From: Acidobacteriota bacterium
GTDB lineage: Bacteria > Acidobacteriota > UBA6911 > RPQK01 > JAJDTT01
Reading direction: 5' to 3'
NCBI GenBank assembly: GCA_965217775.1
Contig: CBDCJH010000002.1
Location: 6,080,001-6,144,000, forward strand
Length of the DNA stretch: 64,000 nt
Part shown: piece after piece, positions 43,041-51,816 of the stretch
Layout: each line of letters begins with the position of its first letter
Position numbering within the stretch: the stretch's first letter is position 1
Made by a program: the position numbers and the translations under genes
The notes under the pieces: generated by a model
The model's database searches: none
What the model was told of the DNA's origin: nothing
Seen by the model: the letters and a program-made list of their open reading frames with translations, nothing else

Positions 43041-43166
43041 CGTCCCTGCATCCCGGCGGACTGCGTTGCTATCGGCTCACATACTCCCGGTATGCTCCCT
43101 CCGTTGCGCCTTGTCCGGCGGGCGCAGGAACGGTCTCGGTGCTCGCGGGACTTTCACCACGGACTG
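43041..43166 (-). mobile_element. Truncated copy of the 158-bp MITE
   Basis: Near-identical in reverse complement to 45275-45400. The intact end GACTTTCACCACGGACTG abuts the helicase stop codon. Confidence 0.85.
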
Positions 43167-44459
43167 CTATGCGATGCGTTTCCGGTTGCGACGGCGCCTG
43201 CGGCCGGAGGAATTGGAATTCCGCCCACGATTGGACGACCCTCCGCCAGGCCGCATGCCACGCACGTTATGACCATAGGGCCGGCGAGGGCGTGGGGGCC
43301 GCGCGGCGACGTCGGGCTCAAAGCCGACGACCTTCCGACGCGGGATCGGGGCCCCGATCATGCGTTCGGTGGCCTGAACCCAGCCGCGATCAATACCGGT
43401 GACGAAGGTACAAGCGATACCCTCGCGTTCCGCACGACCCGTACGTCCGATGCGGTGGATGTAGGCTTCCGGAGTGTTCGGCACGTCGAAGTTAATCACA
43501 TGGGAAACACCGCTCACGTCTATGCCTCGAGCCGCGATGTCCGTGGCTACAAGGATATTGAAGCGACGGGTGCGGAACCCTCTCATGGCGCGATCGCGCT
43601 GGGCCTGGGACATGGATCCCTGAAGACCTACGGCTCGGTGTCCGTCCCTGCTCAACTGATTCGCTAGTCGCCGGGCGCGGTACTTCGTACGAGTGAAGAT
43701 AATGGCCGAGTCGCAATCGTCGCCAGTGAGCAGGTGTTCAAGCAGAACTCTCTTACGCCCCTCCCCGACCATGTACAGACCGTGATCGACGGTGGCGACC
43801 GGGGCTGTACTGGCCAGCTCGATCACGTGGGGATCCGTCAACAGATCGTCCGCCAGTCGACGAATCTCTCTCGGCATGGTGGCCGAAAACAGCAGGTTCT
43901 GGCGCCGCTCGGGCATCGCAGCGAGAATCTTGCGAATGTCGGGCAAGAAACCCATGTCAAACATGTGATCGGCCTCGTCGAGGACCAGCGTTTCTACGTA
44001 GCCGAGGCGGAGCACCCGCTGCCCGAGCAGGTCGAGCACGCGTCCCGGACAACCCACAATGATTTCCGGGTGCCGGCGTAGCGAGTTGATCTGGTTACGC
44101 GTCGAAACGCCACCATAGACTGTGAGGGTCTTCAGGCGTGTGAACCTGGCCAGCGTGCGGATCTCAGCCGCGATCTGATTGGCGAGTTCCCGTGTGGGAG
44201 CGAGCACCAGAGCTCGAGGGGCCGGGCGGCGCACTTTGAGAAGCCGGTCGAGCAGCGGCAATGCAAAGGCCGCCGTCTTGCCGGTGCCGGTCTGGGCCAG
44301 GCCCAGCACGTCGCGACCGGCGCGACCCGCGGGAATAGTCTCCTGTTGGATCGGCCAGGGATTCTCGAAGCCAATGCCGCGAATGCCGCGAATGAGGGCT
44401 TGATGGAGTTCGAACCGTTCGAAACCGTTCGAAACAGTAGATACGAAACTAGATATCAA
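43167..44459 (-). CDS. DEAD-box RNA helicase (RhlE-like)
   Basis: Q motif, AQTGTGKT, PTRELA, DEAD, SAT, ARGID, HRIGRTGR and a basic tail. Likely TTG start after GGAGA. Confidence 0.95.
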   Translation of the reverse strand: MISSFVSTVSNGFERFELHQALIRGIRGIGFENPWPIQQETIPAGRAGRDVLGLAQTGTGKTAAFALPLLDRLLKVRRPAPRALVLAPTRELANQIAAEIRTLARFTRLKTLTVYGGVSTRNQINSLRRHPEIIVGCPGRVLDLLGQRVLRLGYVETLVLDEADHMFDMGFLPDIRKILAAMPERRQNLLFSATMPREIRRLADDLLTDPHVIELASTAPVATVDHGLYMVGEGRKRVLLEHLLTGDDCDSAIIFTRTKYRARRLANQLSRDGHRAVGLQGSMSQAQRDRAMRGFRTRRFNILVATDIAARGIDVSGVSHVINFDVPNTPEAYIHRIGRTGRAEREGIACTFVTGIDRGWVQATERMIGAPIPRRKVVGFEPDVAARPPRPRRPYGHNVRGMRPGGGSSNRGRNSNSSGRRRRRNRKRIA

Positions 44460-44748
44460 AATATTGTTCTCCACCGTGCGCGCACAGGCAGATCCTGTAC
44501 GGCACGACTGTAGTTTCCGACCCAGACAACAGCTAAGGGTAAGAGGGATTCGTTGGCGGCGCGACCTTGGAAGGATTACTAAAGAGGTACTGTTGATCGC
44601 CACTTTCGGGCTGAGCCCGATCAAGGAACAAACAGGATAGCTGTTCTTGACGATTATTACCACCCGGGTGTCGGTAGCACGTGATCTGTCCGGTCCAGGA
44701 GGCGTGAGGTTAGGATGAGCTTTTTTCTCTCACACGAAGGAGGGAGAG

Positions 44749-46108
44749 ATGGAGCTGTATCCGCCGCGCGCCGTGGAGTGGGCGATGAAGGTGCAGGAAG
44801 TGATCCTTCGAGCGATGAGTGGGCAGATCAAGTGGTTCCAGGCGGCTGAGATCATCGGAGTGAGTCCTCGAACCATGCGGCGCTGGCGGCGCCGTTACGA
44901 GGAGTACGGCTACGACGGATTATACGATCGACGGCTGAAGCGGCCCTCGCCCAAACGGGTCCTCCTGGCCACGGTCGAGAAGGTGCTGCGGCTGTACCAG
45001 GAGAAGTACCGGGACTTCAACGTCGCCCATTTCGTGGAGAAGCTGCACTTCAAAGAAGGGATTCCTCTGAATTACAGCTGGGTGAAGAAGGCGCTCTCTG
45101 GAGTCGGGACTGGTTCGGAAGCGGCGGCGACGGGGGACGCACCGGCGACGCCGACCGCGGCGGCCTCTGAAGGGGATGATGTTGCACCTGGACGGGAGCA
45201 AACATCGCTGGTTGCCGGGTTCGGGATACCAAGACCTGATCCTGAGGTTCGACGATGCGGACAGCGAGGTCTACCAGTCCGTGGTGAAAGTCCCGCGAGC
45301 ACCGAGACCGTTCCTGCGCCCGCCGGACAAGGCGCGATTCGGGAGCATACCGGGAGTATGTGATCGAATCGCAACGCAGTCCGCCGGGATGCAGGGACGG
45401 TCGGATGCCGTGGCGACTTTTGCCACGGGCTGCTACTACGCGCAACTGGTGGCGGAAGAGAGCACGAAGACGGTGATGGCGGCGATCCGGGAGGTGGTCG
45501 GTCAACAAGGCGTGTTCAATTCGCTTTACACGGACGCGGCGAGTCACTTCGTGCACACGCCGGTGGCGGGATACCCGCCGGACCGGGAGCATCGGACCCG
45601 GGTGGCGCGGGCGTTGGAGCGGCTGGAGATCGAGTTGATCGTGGCGCATTCCCCCCAGGCGCGGGGTCGGTGCGAAGGGATGTTCGGGACCTGGCAGGGC
45701 CGGCTGCCGCAGGAGTTGCGGTTGCGAGGGATCCGCACGCTGAAAGAGCCGAACCGGTATCTGCGGGAGGGGTGGATCGGGTTTCACAATCGACGCTTCA
45801 CGGTGCCGCCGGCTCCAGCGGGAACGGCCTTTGTTCCGGCCGACGGGATCGATCTGGAGCAGATCTTTTCCCACCGGGAGAACCGGGTGGTGGGCGCGGA
45901 CAATACGGTGCGGTACCGGCGGCGGGTTCTGCAGATCGAACCGCAGAGGTTTCGCCACACTCTGGCCAAGTGCCGGGTGTGGGTGTGCGAGCACCTGGAC
46001 GGGAACTTGAGCCTTTACTACGGGCTTCACCGGCTGGGGCGATCCGACGGGGGGTTCAAATTTTCACCGACCGGACAGATCACGTGTCAAAAAAACCGGA
46101 CAACTTGA
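44749..46108 (+). pseudogene. ISNCY/IS1202 DDE transposase (frameshift at ~45100 plus in-frame MITE)
   Basis: HTH (AAEIIGVSPRTMRRW), then LHLDGSKHRW, LYTD and SPQARGRCE..FGTWQGRLPQEL in a second frame. Confidence 0.88.
45275..45432 (+). mobile_element. 158-bp MITE with 18-bp TIRs and CTAC duplication
   Basis: CAGTCCGTGGTGAAAGTC ... GACTTTTGCCACGGGCTG, flanked by CTAC (45271-74, 45433-36). Confidence 0.88.
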
Positions 46109-46755
46109 CGTGCTAATGACACCGGGCACTCGCCATCATCCTGATGCCGAGGCCGATTGAGTATTGCGGATTGTTGATGCAGTGCCTATCAGCATGACCG
46201 CCACCCGCCAAGAGGTGCGCCAGGATGAGAGAAGTAAAGGATCTCAATGACCGCTTACTCCAATTGCCCAGGTGTGAGGCATCCCGGTCAGCAAGCCTCG
46301 GCTTCGTCCTTTTCCGCGTAGACCGAGGCTTCGAAGTCCGTCCATGCTTGGGCTCGTACCTTCCGTGCCTGCTCACGAAGATCGACGCCTTTGGCGCGGG
46401 CATCGGCGAGGGTGGTTGTCATGGCGACCTGTTCGTTCTTCGGCGGGATGGAAAAAGTGAAGCCCAAAAAGCGGGTTTCGAGATGTTCTTCATCGTTGGT
46501 GAAGTCCGGTCACGTTCGCTCCGATCTGGCGCCGAACATCGGAGATACGGAGAATCTCCATCAGAAACGTCGCGTCAACCGGCGCGGGTTGGCGTGCAAC
46601 GGACCGGAAGATCTTGTCGCAAAGCATGAGTTTCGGGCACCTCTCTCTAATCAAGGCAGTTACGCCGACGAGCCGCGTGATGTTGACGCGGCTAATCAGG
46701 AGTTGCCCTGGCTTCGCCTCAAGGTGTGGACGCGGCTTGAGGTGTTTGGGCAGTG

Positions 46756-47300
46756 GGTTGTGTTGCAACTTTGGCCGACGACGGCTGGTAGCCTGAGGAG
46801 ATCATGAAGAAGGCAATCCGACCGGCGATCTTCAAGTGGCGAGAAACGGAGCCCGATTTGATTCTTTGCGCCGTGCGCTGGTAGCTTCGCTATTCCTCTC
46901 GTTCCGCGATGTCGAAGAGCGGCTCAGCGAGCGCGCCCTGGAGGCGGACCCCACGACAATCTGGCGCTGGGTCCAGCGCTACGGTCCCGAACTGGAGGAG
47001 CGGAGGCGCCGTCGTCTCAAGCCAACCAACAAGTCCTGGCGTGTCGATGAGACCTACGTTCGCCTCAATGATCGCTGGTGCTACCTCTACCGCGCCATCG
47101 ATTCCACCGCCGCCACGATCGACTGCGTACTCTCGGGGTTGCTCATGCCGCGGCGGCCAAACGCCTGTTCCGCAAGGCGCTGACTGATCCGTCGCATCCT
47201 CAACCCCGCGTCATCAACCCGGACCAGGCGCGCATCTGTAAACTCGGCGATCCTCGCCGTGCAAGAACAAGGAACGCTGCGTCGCCGATGCCGACATCGC
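46756..47300 (+). mobile_element. IS6-family relic (degraded transposase)
   Basis: End GGTTGTGTTGCAACTT. Translation FKWR...ILCAVRW*LR / TTIWRWVQRYGPEL...SWRVDETY...YLYRAID with stops and frameshifts. Confidence 0.85.
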
Positions 47301-47431
47301 CTGACCCCTGCAAGTCGCGAACCCGACGGTGGGTTTAGAGGGACGCAATCTCCGATGCCGCTGGCCGACTTGCCAGTCAGAAGCGATCGATTGGACAGAT
47401 CCAGGTTTCCCTGTGAGGATAGGGGCTATCC

Positions 47432-48967
47432 GTGATCAACCAAAACACAGAGGCTGCGTGGCAATATCACAACGCCACCAAGCATTCGCCGTGGAGTGTC
47501 CGGGCCAATACACACCGTATGGATTGGTCCATCAAACCCCTTCCGTTCAAGATTTACCCCAAACTGGAGCCGATCCGGCTGGATCCGTCGATTGCCAGAA
47601 CCGAGGTTCCGGCTCTTGTGGCCGTGTCGGCCACCGAGGTCGACTCGGAAACCGAATCCGCTCCGGACCTCAAGCAGCTGGGGCAGTTGCTCTACCTTTC
47701 GGCGGGTATCACTAAGAAAGTCGATTACCCGGGCGGGACCCAGTACTTCCGTGCCGCATCCTGCACGGGCGCACTCTACGCGTTCGAGGTGTACATCGTA
47801 TGCGGCGATCTCAATGGGCTCGACGCAGGCGTTTACAACTTCGGTCCAGGCGACTTGAGCCTTCGCCGACTGCGCGAAGGCGATTATCGGGGCGTGCTGG
47901 CCGGGGCAGCCGGAAATGATCCGGCCATCGCCGGCGCTGCTGCGATCCTCATCTGCACCGGCACTTACTGGCGGAACGCCTGGAAATATCAGGCTCGAAC
48001 GTACCGTCATTTTGGCTGGGATAACGGCACGATCGTTGCGAACACGCTGGCCGTTGCCGAGGCTCTCGGTCTCCCGGCTCAAGTGACGTGTGGTTTCATC
48101 GACGCTGATGTCAATCGTCTGCTCGACCTCGACACGGAACACGAGGTGGCGTTTTCGATGATTCCGCTGGGGAGTCAATCCGTTTCTCACCCAGCGTCTC
48201 CAAGGGACATTCCACCACTGAATCTTGAGACGGTACCGCTTTCAGAGAGCGAAGTGCAGTACCCTCAGATGACCCGGATGCACGAGGCGTCGTCGCTCGG
48301 GAGTATTGAGGAGGTCGTGGCTTGGCGCGGCCACACGCCGGTCGGCCCGGGACCGTCCTTAAACAGCGAAACTATTTCTCTCTTGCCGCCGCCTGACAGT
48401 CAGATACCCAAAGACAGCATCGAGACAGTGGTCCTGCGACGTGGATCAACACGGCAGTTCGACCGGGTGTCGATAGAGGCCAAGCAGTTAGGGACAATGC
48501 TCCACTGTGCGACGCGGGGCATTCGGGCGGACTTTCTCTCTCGCTTCGGTTCGTCCCTGAACGACGTTTATCTGATCGTGAACGCCGTGGACGGAATCAA
48601 ACCCGGCGCGTATGTGTACCATCATGAAGAGAACAAGCTGGAGCTTTTGAAGGAAGGGGATTTCCGTGGCGAGGCCTCACACCTGGGGTTGGACCAATCG
48701 CTTCCCGGCGACGCCAGTATCGCCGTCTTCTTTTTGGCGGACCTCGCCCCAATTCTCCGGCGGTTTGGAAACCGCGGATACCGTGCAGTGCAGCTTGAAG
48801 CCGGGATCCTCGGTGGGAAACTCTACCTGGGGGCCTATGCCCAGCGTCTCGGCGCGACGGGACTCACCTTCTACGACGACGAAGTCATCGAGTTCTTCTC
48901 ACCCCACGCCGCCGGCAAGAGTGCAATCTTTTTGATGGCGCTGGGCAAGAGCGTCAAGCGCGGTTAG
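47432..48967 (+). CDS. SagB/ThcOx-type nitroreductase-fold dehydrogenase (tandem domain)
   Basis: YHNATKH, RAASCTGALY, WKYQARTYRH, RRGSTR and RGYRAVQLEAG. Confidence 0.85.
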   Translation: MINQNTEAAWQYHNATKHSPWSVRANTHRMDWSIKPLPFKIYPKLEPIRLDPSIARTEVPALVAVSATEVDSETESAPDLKQLGQLLYLSAGITKKVDYPGGTQYFRAASCTGALYAFEVYIVCGDLNGLDAGVYNFGPGDLSLRRLREGDYRGVLAGAAGNDPAIAGAAAILICTGTYWRNAWKYQARTYRHFGWDNGTIVANTLAVAEALGLPAQVTCGFIDADVNRLLDLDTEHEVAFSMIPLGSQSVSHPASPRDIPPLNLETVPLSESEVQYPQMTRMHEASSLGSIEEVVAWRGHTPVGPGPSLNSETISLLPPPDSQIPKDSIETVVLRRGSTRQFDRVSIEAKQLGTMLHCATRGIRADFLSRFGSSLNDVYLIVNAVDGIKPGAYVYHHEENKLELLKEGDFRGEASHLGLDQSLPGDASIAVFFLADLAPILRRFGNRGYRAVQLEAGILGGKLYLGAYAQRLGATGLTFYDDEVIEFFSPHAAGKSAIFLMALGKSVKRG

Positions 48968-49188
48968 TTCAAGCAATACGAAAGGTCGTTCAAAGAGTCG
49001 GTCTAACCGAGCATCGCCTCTGGCTTGCGACGGTTGTGCACCTGCGGCCAGTGGGCCTCTACACTGAATCTTCTTTATGACCGAGCCAAGACAGACGGGT
49101 CAGTTCTTTGCGCCGACGCACATTTGAGAGCAGGGTTGCTCCACCGGGGGATAGTGCCTTGAGAATGGGTAATATCAGCGCTTGAGGG

Positions 49189-49509
49189 TCAGGAATGGGC
49201 ATCGGTTCTGCTCCCTGCTACCGCCATCATCGTTTTCCGGGGCTGGACGCGCTCGGCAATACTACGGCCAGACTCGATCTCTTCCCGCCGCAGCTCCCAG
49301 GTCTTCTGCAGATTCATCCAGACCTGCCGTGTCGTCCCGAAGTAGCGCGCCAGGCGCAATGCGGTGTTGGCGGTTACGCCCCGCTGCCCATTCAGGATCG
49401 CCGTGATTCGATTCACCGGGACGTCGAGCGCCTTCGACAACGCATTCGCCGACAGGCCAAGCTCATCCAATTCGTCCCGCAAGATCTCTCCCGGATGCAC
49501 CGCCCGCAT
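49189..49509 (-). CDS. higA: HigA family antitoxin (upstream ATG 49527 cut off by TAG)
   Basis: HPGEIL...LS...L..AL.VP.NRI..I..G.R..TA..ALRL..YFG.....WMNLQ. GAGGAGG SD precedes ATG-AGC-TTC-TAG. Confidence 0.9.
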   Translation of the reverse strand: MRAVHPGEILRDELDELGLSANALSKALDVPVNRITAILNGQRGVTANTALRLARYFGTTRQVWMNLQKTWELRREEIESGRSIAERVQPRKTMMAVAGSRTDAHS

Positions 49510-49554
49510 TCTATTCTAGAAGCTCATCGCCTCGACCTCCTCAGTGATAATCTA

Positions 49555-50798
49555 GGGGATTATATACGTAAGTGCCGAGAATTCAGGCTGATGGGTTACA
49601 ATTCCGACCATGAAAGGCCACGCAACTATCCAGTGCAGAGCCAAGCTGTCCAAGGGTGGAATCCGGCGGTTGGACCGGGTGAGGTCCATCCTGAATCGGC
49701 TGTACAACGCTGCACTGGAGGAACGCAGGACGACGTGGGAATCCGAGGAACGCGGCGTGACCCTGTACGATCAGATGAAGGGGTTGACCTCCCAGAGGAA
49801 GGACGATCCGGAGGGGCTCGGGTCGGTGGCGGTCAAAGCGGAGCGTGGGATGTTGATGCGGTTGGACCGGGCCTTCAAGGCGTTCTTCCGTCGCTGCAAG
49901 GCGGGGGAGAAGCCGGGGTATCCTCGATTCCGGCCCATTGCGAGGATGGAGACCATCGACGTCGTCGACCCCAAAGCGACCATGGTGAAGAAGCGCGCTC
50001 GGGGCTACGCCATCCGGCCCAAGGGCTTCCCGACGATCCGGATATTTCCGTCCCGGCCGTTGCCGGACGGATGCCCGTTGAAGGCGTTGCGGATTGTCCG
50101 CAAGCCGAACCGGGTGTATGTGGACCTGACGTACGAGGTGGAGAAGCCGCCGCTACCGAAATGCGAGTCTTCGGTAGGGATCGACCTGGGCGTCCGCAAG
50201 CGAGCGGTGCTGTCCACGGGTGAGAGGATCGAACGGAATAGACGGGACTGGGCGGGGATCCGAAAGCAGCAGAGAAAGGTCTCCAGGTGCAAGAAGATTT
50301 CCAAGACCAGACGGAAGCGGATCGTACAGCTATCTCGGCTCCGTCACCGGGAAGCGGTCCGAAACCGTAATGCCTGCCATCGTCTCTCCAGCAGGATCAT
50401 TCGTGAGCACGGTCTGATCGCTGTGGAGAAGCTGAACATCCAAGGGATGGTAACGAAGGGCTCGAAGAAGAAGGGGCTGAATCGAGAAATAATGACGCAA
50501 TCCTGGGGGCTTCTGCGGAATCAACTCCAGTACAAGGCAGAATGGGCCGGTCGGAAGTTCGTAGAAGTGAATCCCGCATATACATCGCAGGACTGCCACC
50601 GGTGCGGCGCCCGCCACGATCCAGGGCGGAGCGAAACCTTCCGGTGCAGGGCCTGCGGACTTAGAATGGACAGGGACCACAATGCCGCCCTGAACATTCT
50701 CAGGGCTGGGGTTCTTGCCCTGGGCACCGGAACGTATCTCGTTGGGGAAAGCGTGGTGCCAGAACTGTATGCCAAGGGCACTTAGGTATATAAGCCCC
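49555..50798 (+). mobile_element. Non-autonomous TIR element (IS1595/ISNwi1-like ends) carrying tnpB
   Basis: TIRs GGGGATTATATACGTAAGTGCC (49555-76) and GGCACTTAGGTATATAAGCCCC (50777-98), 20/22 identical. 8-bp direct repeat ATAATCTA (49547-54, 50799-806). Confidence 0.88.
49610..50785 (+). CDS. tnpB: RNA-guided endonuclease TnpB
   Basis: LYNAALEERR, GYPRFR, RuvC-I GIDLG, RuvC-II AVEKL, Zn finger TSQDCHRCG/CRACG and RuvC-III DRDHNAALNI. Confidence 0.96.
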   Translation: MKGHATIQCRAKLSKGGIRRLDRVRSILNRLYNAALEERRTTWESEERGVTLYDQMKGLTSQRKDDPEGLGSVAVKAERGMLMRLDRAFKAFFRRCKAGEKPGYPRFRPIARMETIDVVDPKATMVKKRARGYAIRPKGFPTIRIFPSRPLPDGCPLKALRIVRKPNRVYVDLTYEVEKPPLPKCESSVGIDLGVRKRAVLSTGERIERNRRDWAGIRKQQRKVSRCKKISKTRRKRIVQLSRLRHREAVRNRNACHRLSSRIIREHGLIAVEKLNIQGMVTKGSKKKGLNREIMTQSWGLLRNQLQYKAEWAGRKFVEVNPAYTSQDCHRCGARHDPGRSETFRCRACGLRMDRDHNAALNILRAGVLALGTGTYLVGESVVPELYAKGT

Positions 50799-50818
50799 AT
50801 AATCTATGATGTTGACGG
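50690..50818 (+). ncRNA. Putative omegaRNA/reRNA scaffold plus flank-derived guide
   Basis: Stems CAGGGC/GCCCTG (50701-22) and GGCACC/GGTGCC (50723-60). Possible pseudoknot GTTCT (50711-15) with AGAAC (50761-65). Position overlaps the tnpB 3' end, as is typical. Confidence 0.5.
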
Positions 50819-50874
50819 GTGTGGGTGAGTGTATCAGCGGTCATCTGAGTTCTTTCCTCAAGTTCGTCTCACTA

Positions 50875-51474
50875 TCAATTCAGCAGTTGCCGGCAGGTCA
50901 CCTGCAGCATTTTCCGCACTAAGGGGCGCGCTAAGCGATCAGGAAGGCTGGCGTCGCAGCGAAGGAAATCTACAAGCTCGGAGGACCGTCCAAGAACCTG
51001 CACATCTCGAACCGGCGGGTCCCCGACCTGCGGGTCGATCCATCGTGTGCCGACAACCGTCAGGGCATCTCTGCTGTCGACCTGGTCGACGAGGATGACG
51101 TTCGCATCTTGCAGTGATACCTCTATGTCCTGCACTCGGGCCGTCCGAGTCTGGCGGTTAAACTGTAGGTTCAGCGTGAAATCGCCAAAGAAGAAGTGGT
51201 GATCCCAGGTTTCCCCGGAACCGCCAGTCCGGCTTCCGCTGGATTCGTCTCGGCCACCTTCTAAAAACCAGCCAGGACTTCCGCGCCAGAGGACGAGCAC
51301 CTCAAGTTCTCCGTCACCCGCCTGCCCGTGAGAGGTGAACAACGTGGCCACTACAGCGGGAGACACCGGCCGAGACCCGCCGGCTCCCGAAGGGGGACGG
51401 TCCCGTGCCTGGGCTTGGAGGGAGACTGACGCCAAGACGCTTAGCAATAGGAAGCAGTGCACTTTTCGTAACAT
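50875..51474 (-). CDS. Hypothetical secreted protein
   Basis: Signal peptide (LLLSVLASVSLQA); no recognised domain. Confidence 0.6.
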   Translation of the reverse strand: MLRKVHCFLLLSVLASVSLQAQARDRPPSGAGGSRPVSPAVVATLFTSHGQAGDGELEVLVLWRGSPGWFLEGGRDESSGSRTGGSGETWDHHFFFGDFTLNLQFNRQTRTARVQDIEVSLQDANVILVDQVDSRDALTVVGTRWIDPQVGDPPVRDVQVLGRSSELVDFLRCDASLPDRLARPLVRKMLQVTCRQLLN

Positions 51475-51816
51475 TGTGTTCCCCGGGTGCCGTTCAAATC
51501 AGCGGTTCGCCCAGGCAAGAGACCGGAACATAGTCAATGATTTTCGCACGCGGTGCCTCCGCGAGCTGAAGAAGATCCAGTAGGCGTGGCCGGGCCTGAA
51601 TACCGGACAAATACGCTCACTTCTCGCCGAATTGAAAGGACAAACATCCTCGCGTCATCTTACAGTTAGTCAGGAGCAAGTAGTGGAGTACATGCACTCA
51701 GCGCGGCGGAGCTGTGGAAATCTCCAAAGAGGAGAATTGCGGACGGCGACGGAGAAAGAGAGGCGAACGGGAGACACTCGAGGAGGGCTGATGATCGAGC
51801 GGAACAAGATCGCACT

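Larger units (their letters stand above)
44669..46121 (+). mobile_element. IS1202-family (ISNCY) insertion sequence, transposase disrupted
   Basis: TIRs TGTCGGTAGCACGTGATCTGTCCGGT / ACCGGACAACTTGACGTGCTAATGACA with an internal repeat of the right end. 5-bp TSD CCGGG (44664-68, 46122-26). Confidence 0.88.

Noticed and set aside
44640-44668. XerCD (dif-like) site targeted by the IS1202-family element
   Set aside because: Only a partial XerC-like arm (GGTGGTAATAA, minus strand) is present, with no XerD arm TTATGTTAAAT. The evidence is too weak.
46127-46750. Coding gene between the IS1202 element and the IS6 relic
   Set aside because: Only short stop-interrupted frames are present and no family could be recognised. 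It is probably debris.
47432-48967. Thiopeptide/LAP RiPP cluster
   Set aside because: No YcaO, E1-like protein, precursor peptide or transporter is adjacent.
49555-50798. Casposon (GGGGAT.. ends) or CRISPR-Cas12f locus
   Set aside because: No casposase, PolB or CRISPR array is present. The 8-bp TSD and 1.2-kb size fit IS1595-type ends better.
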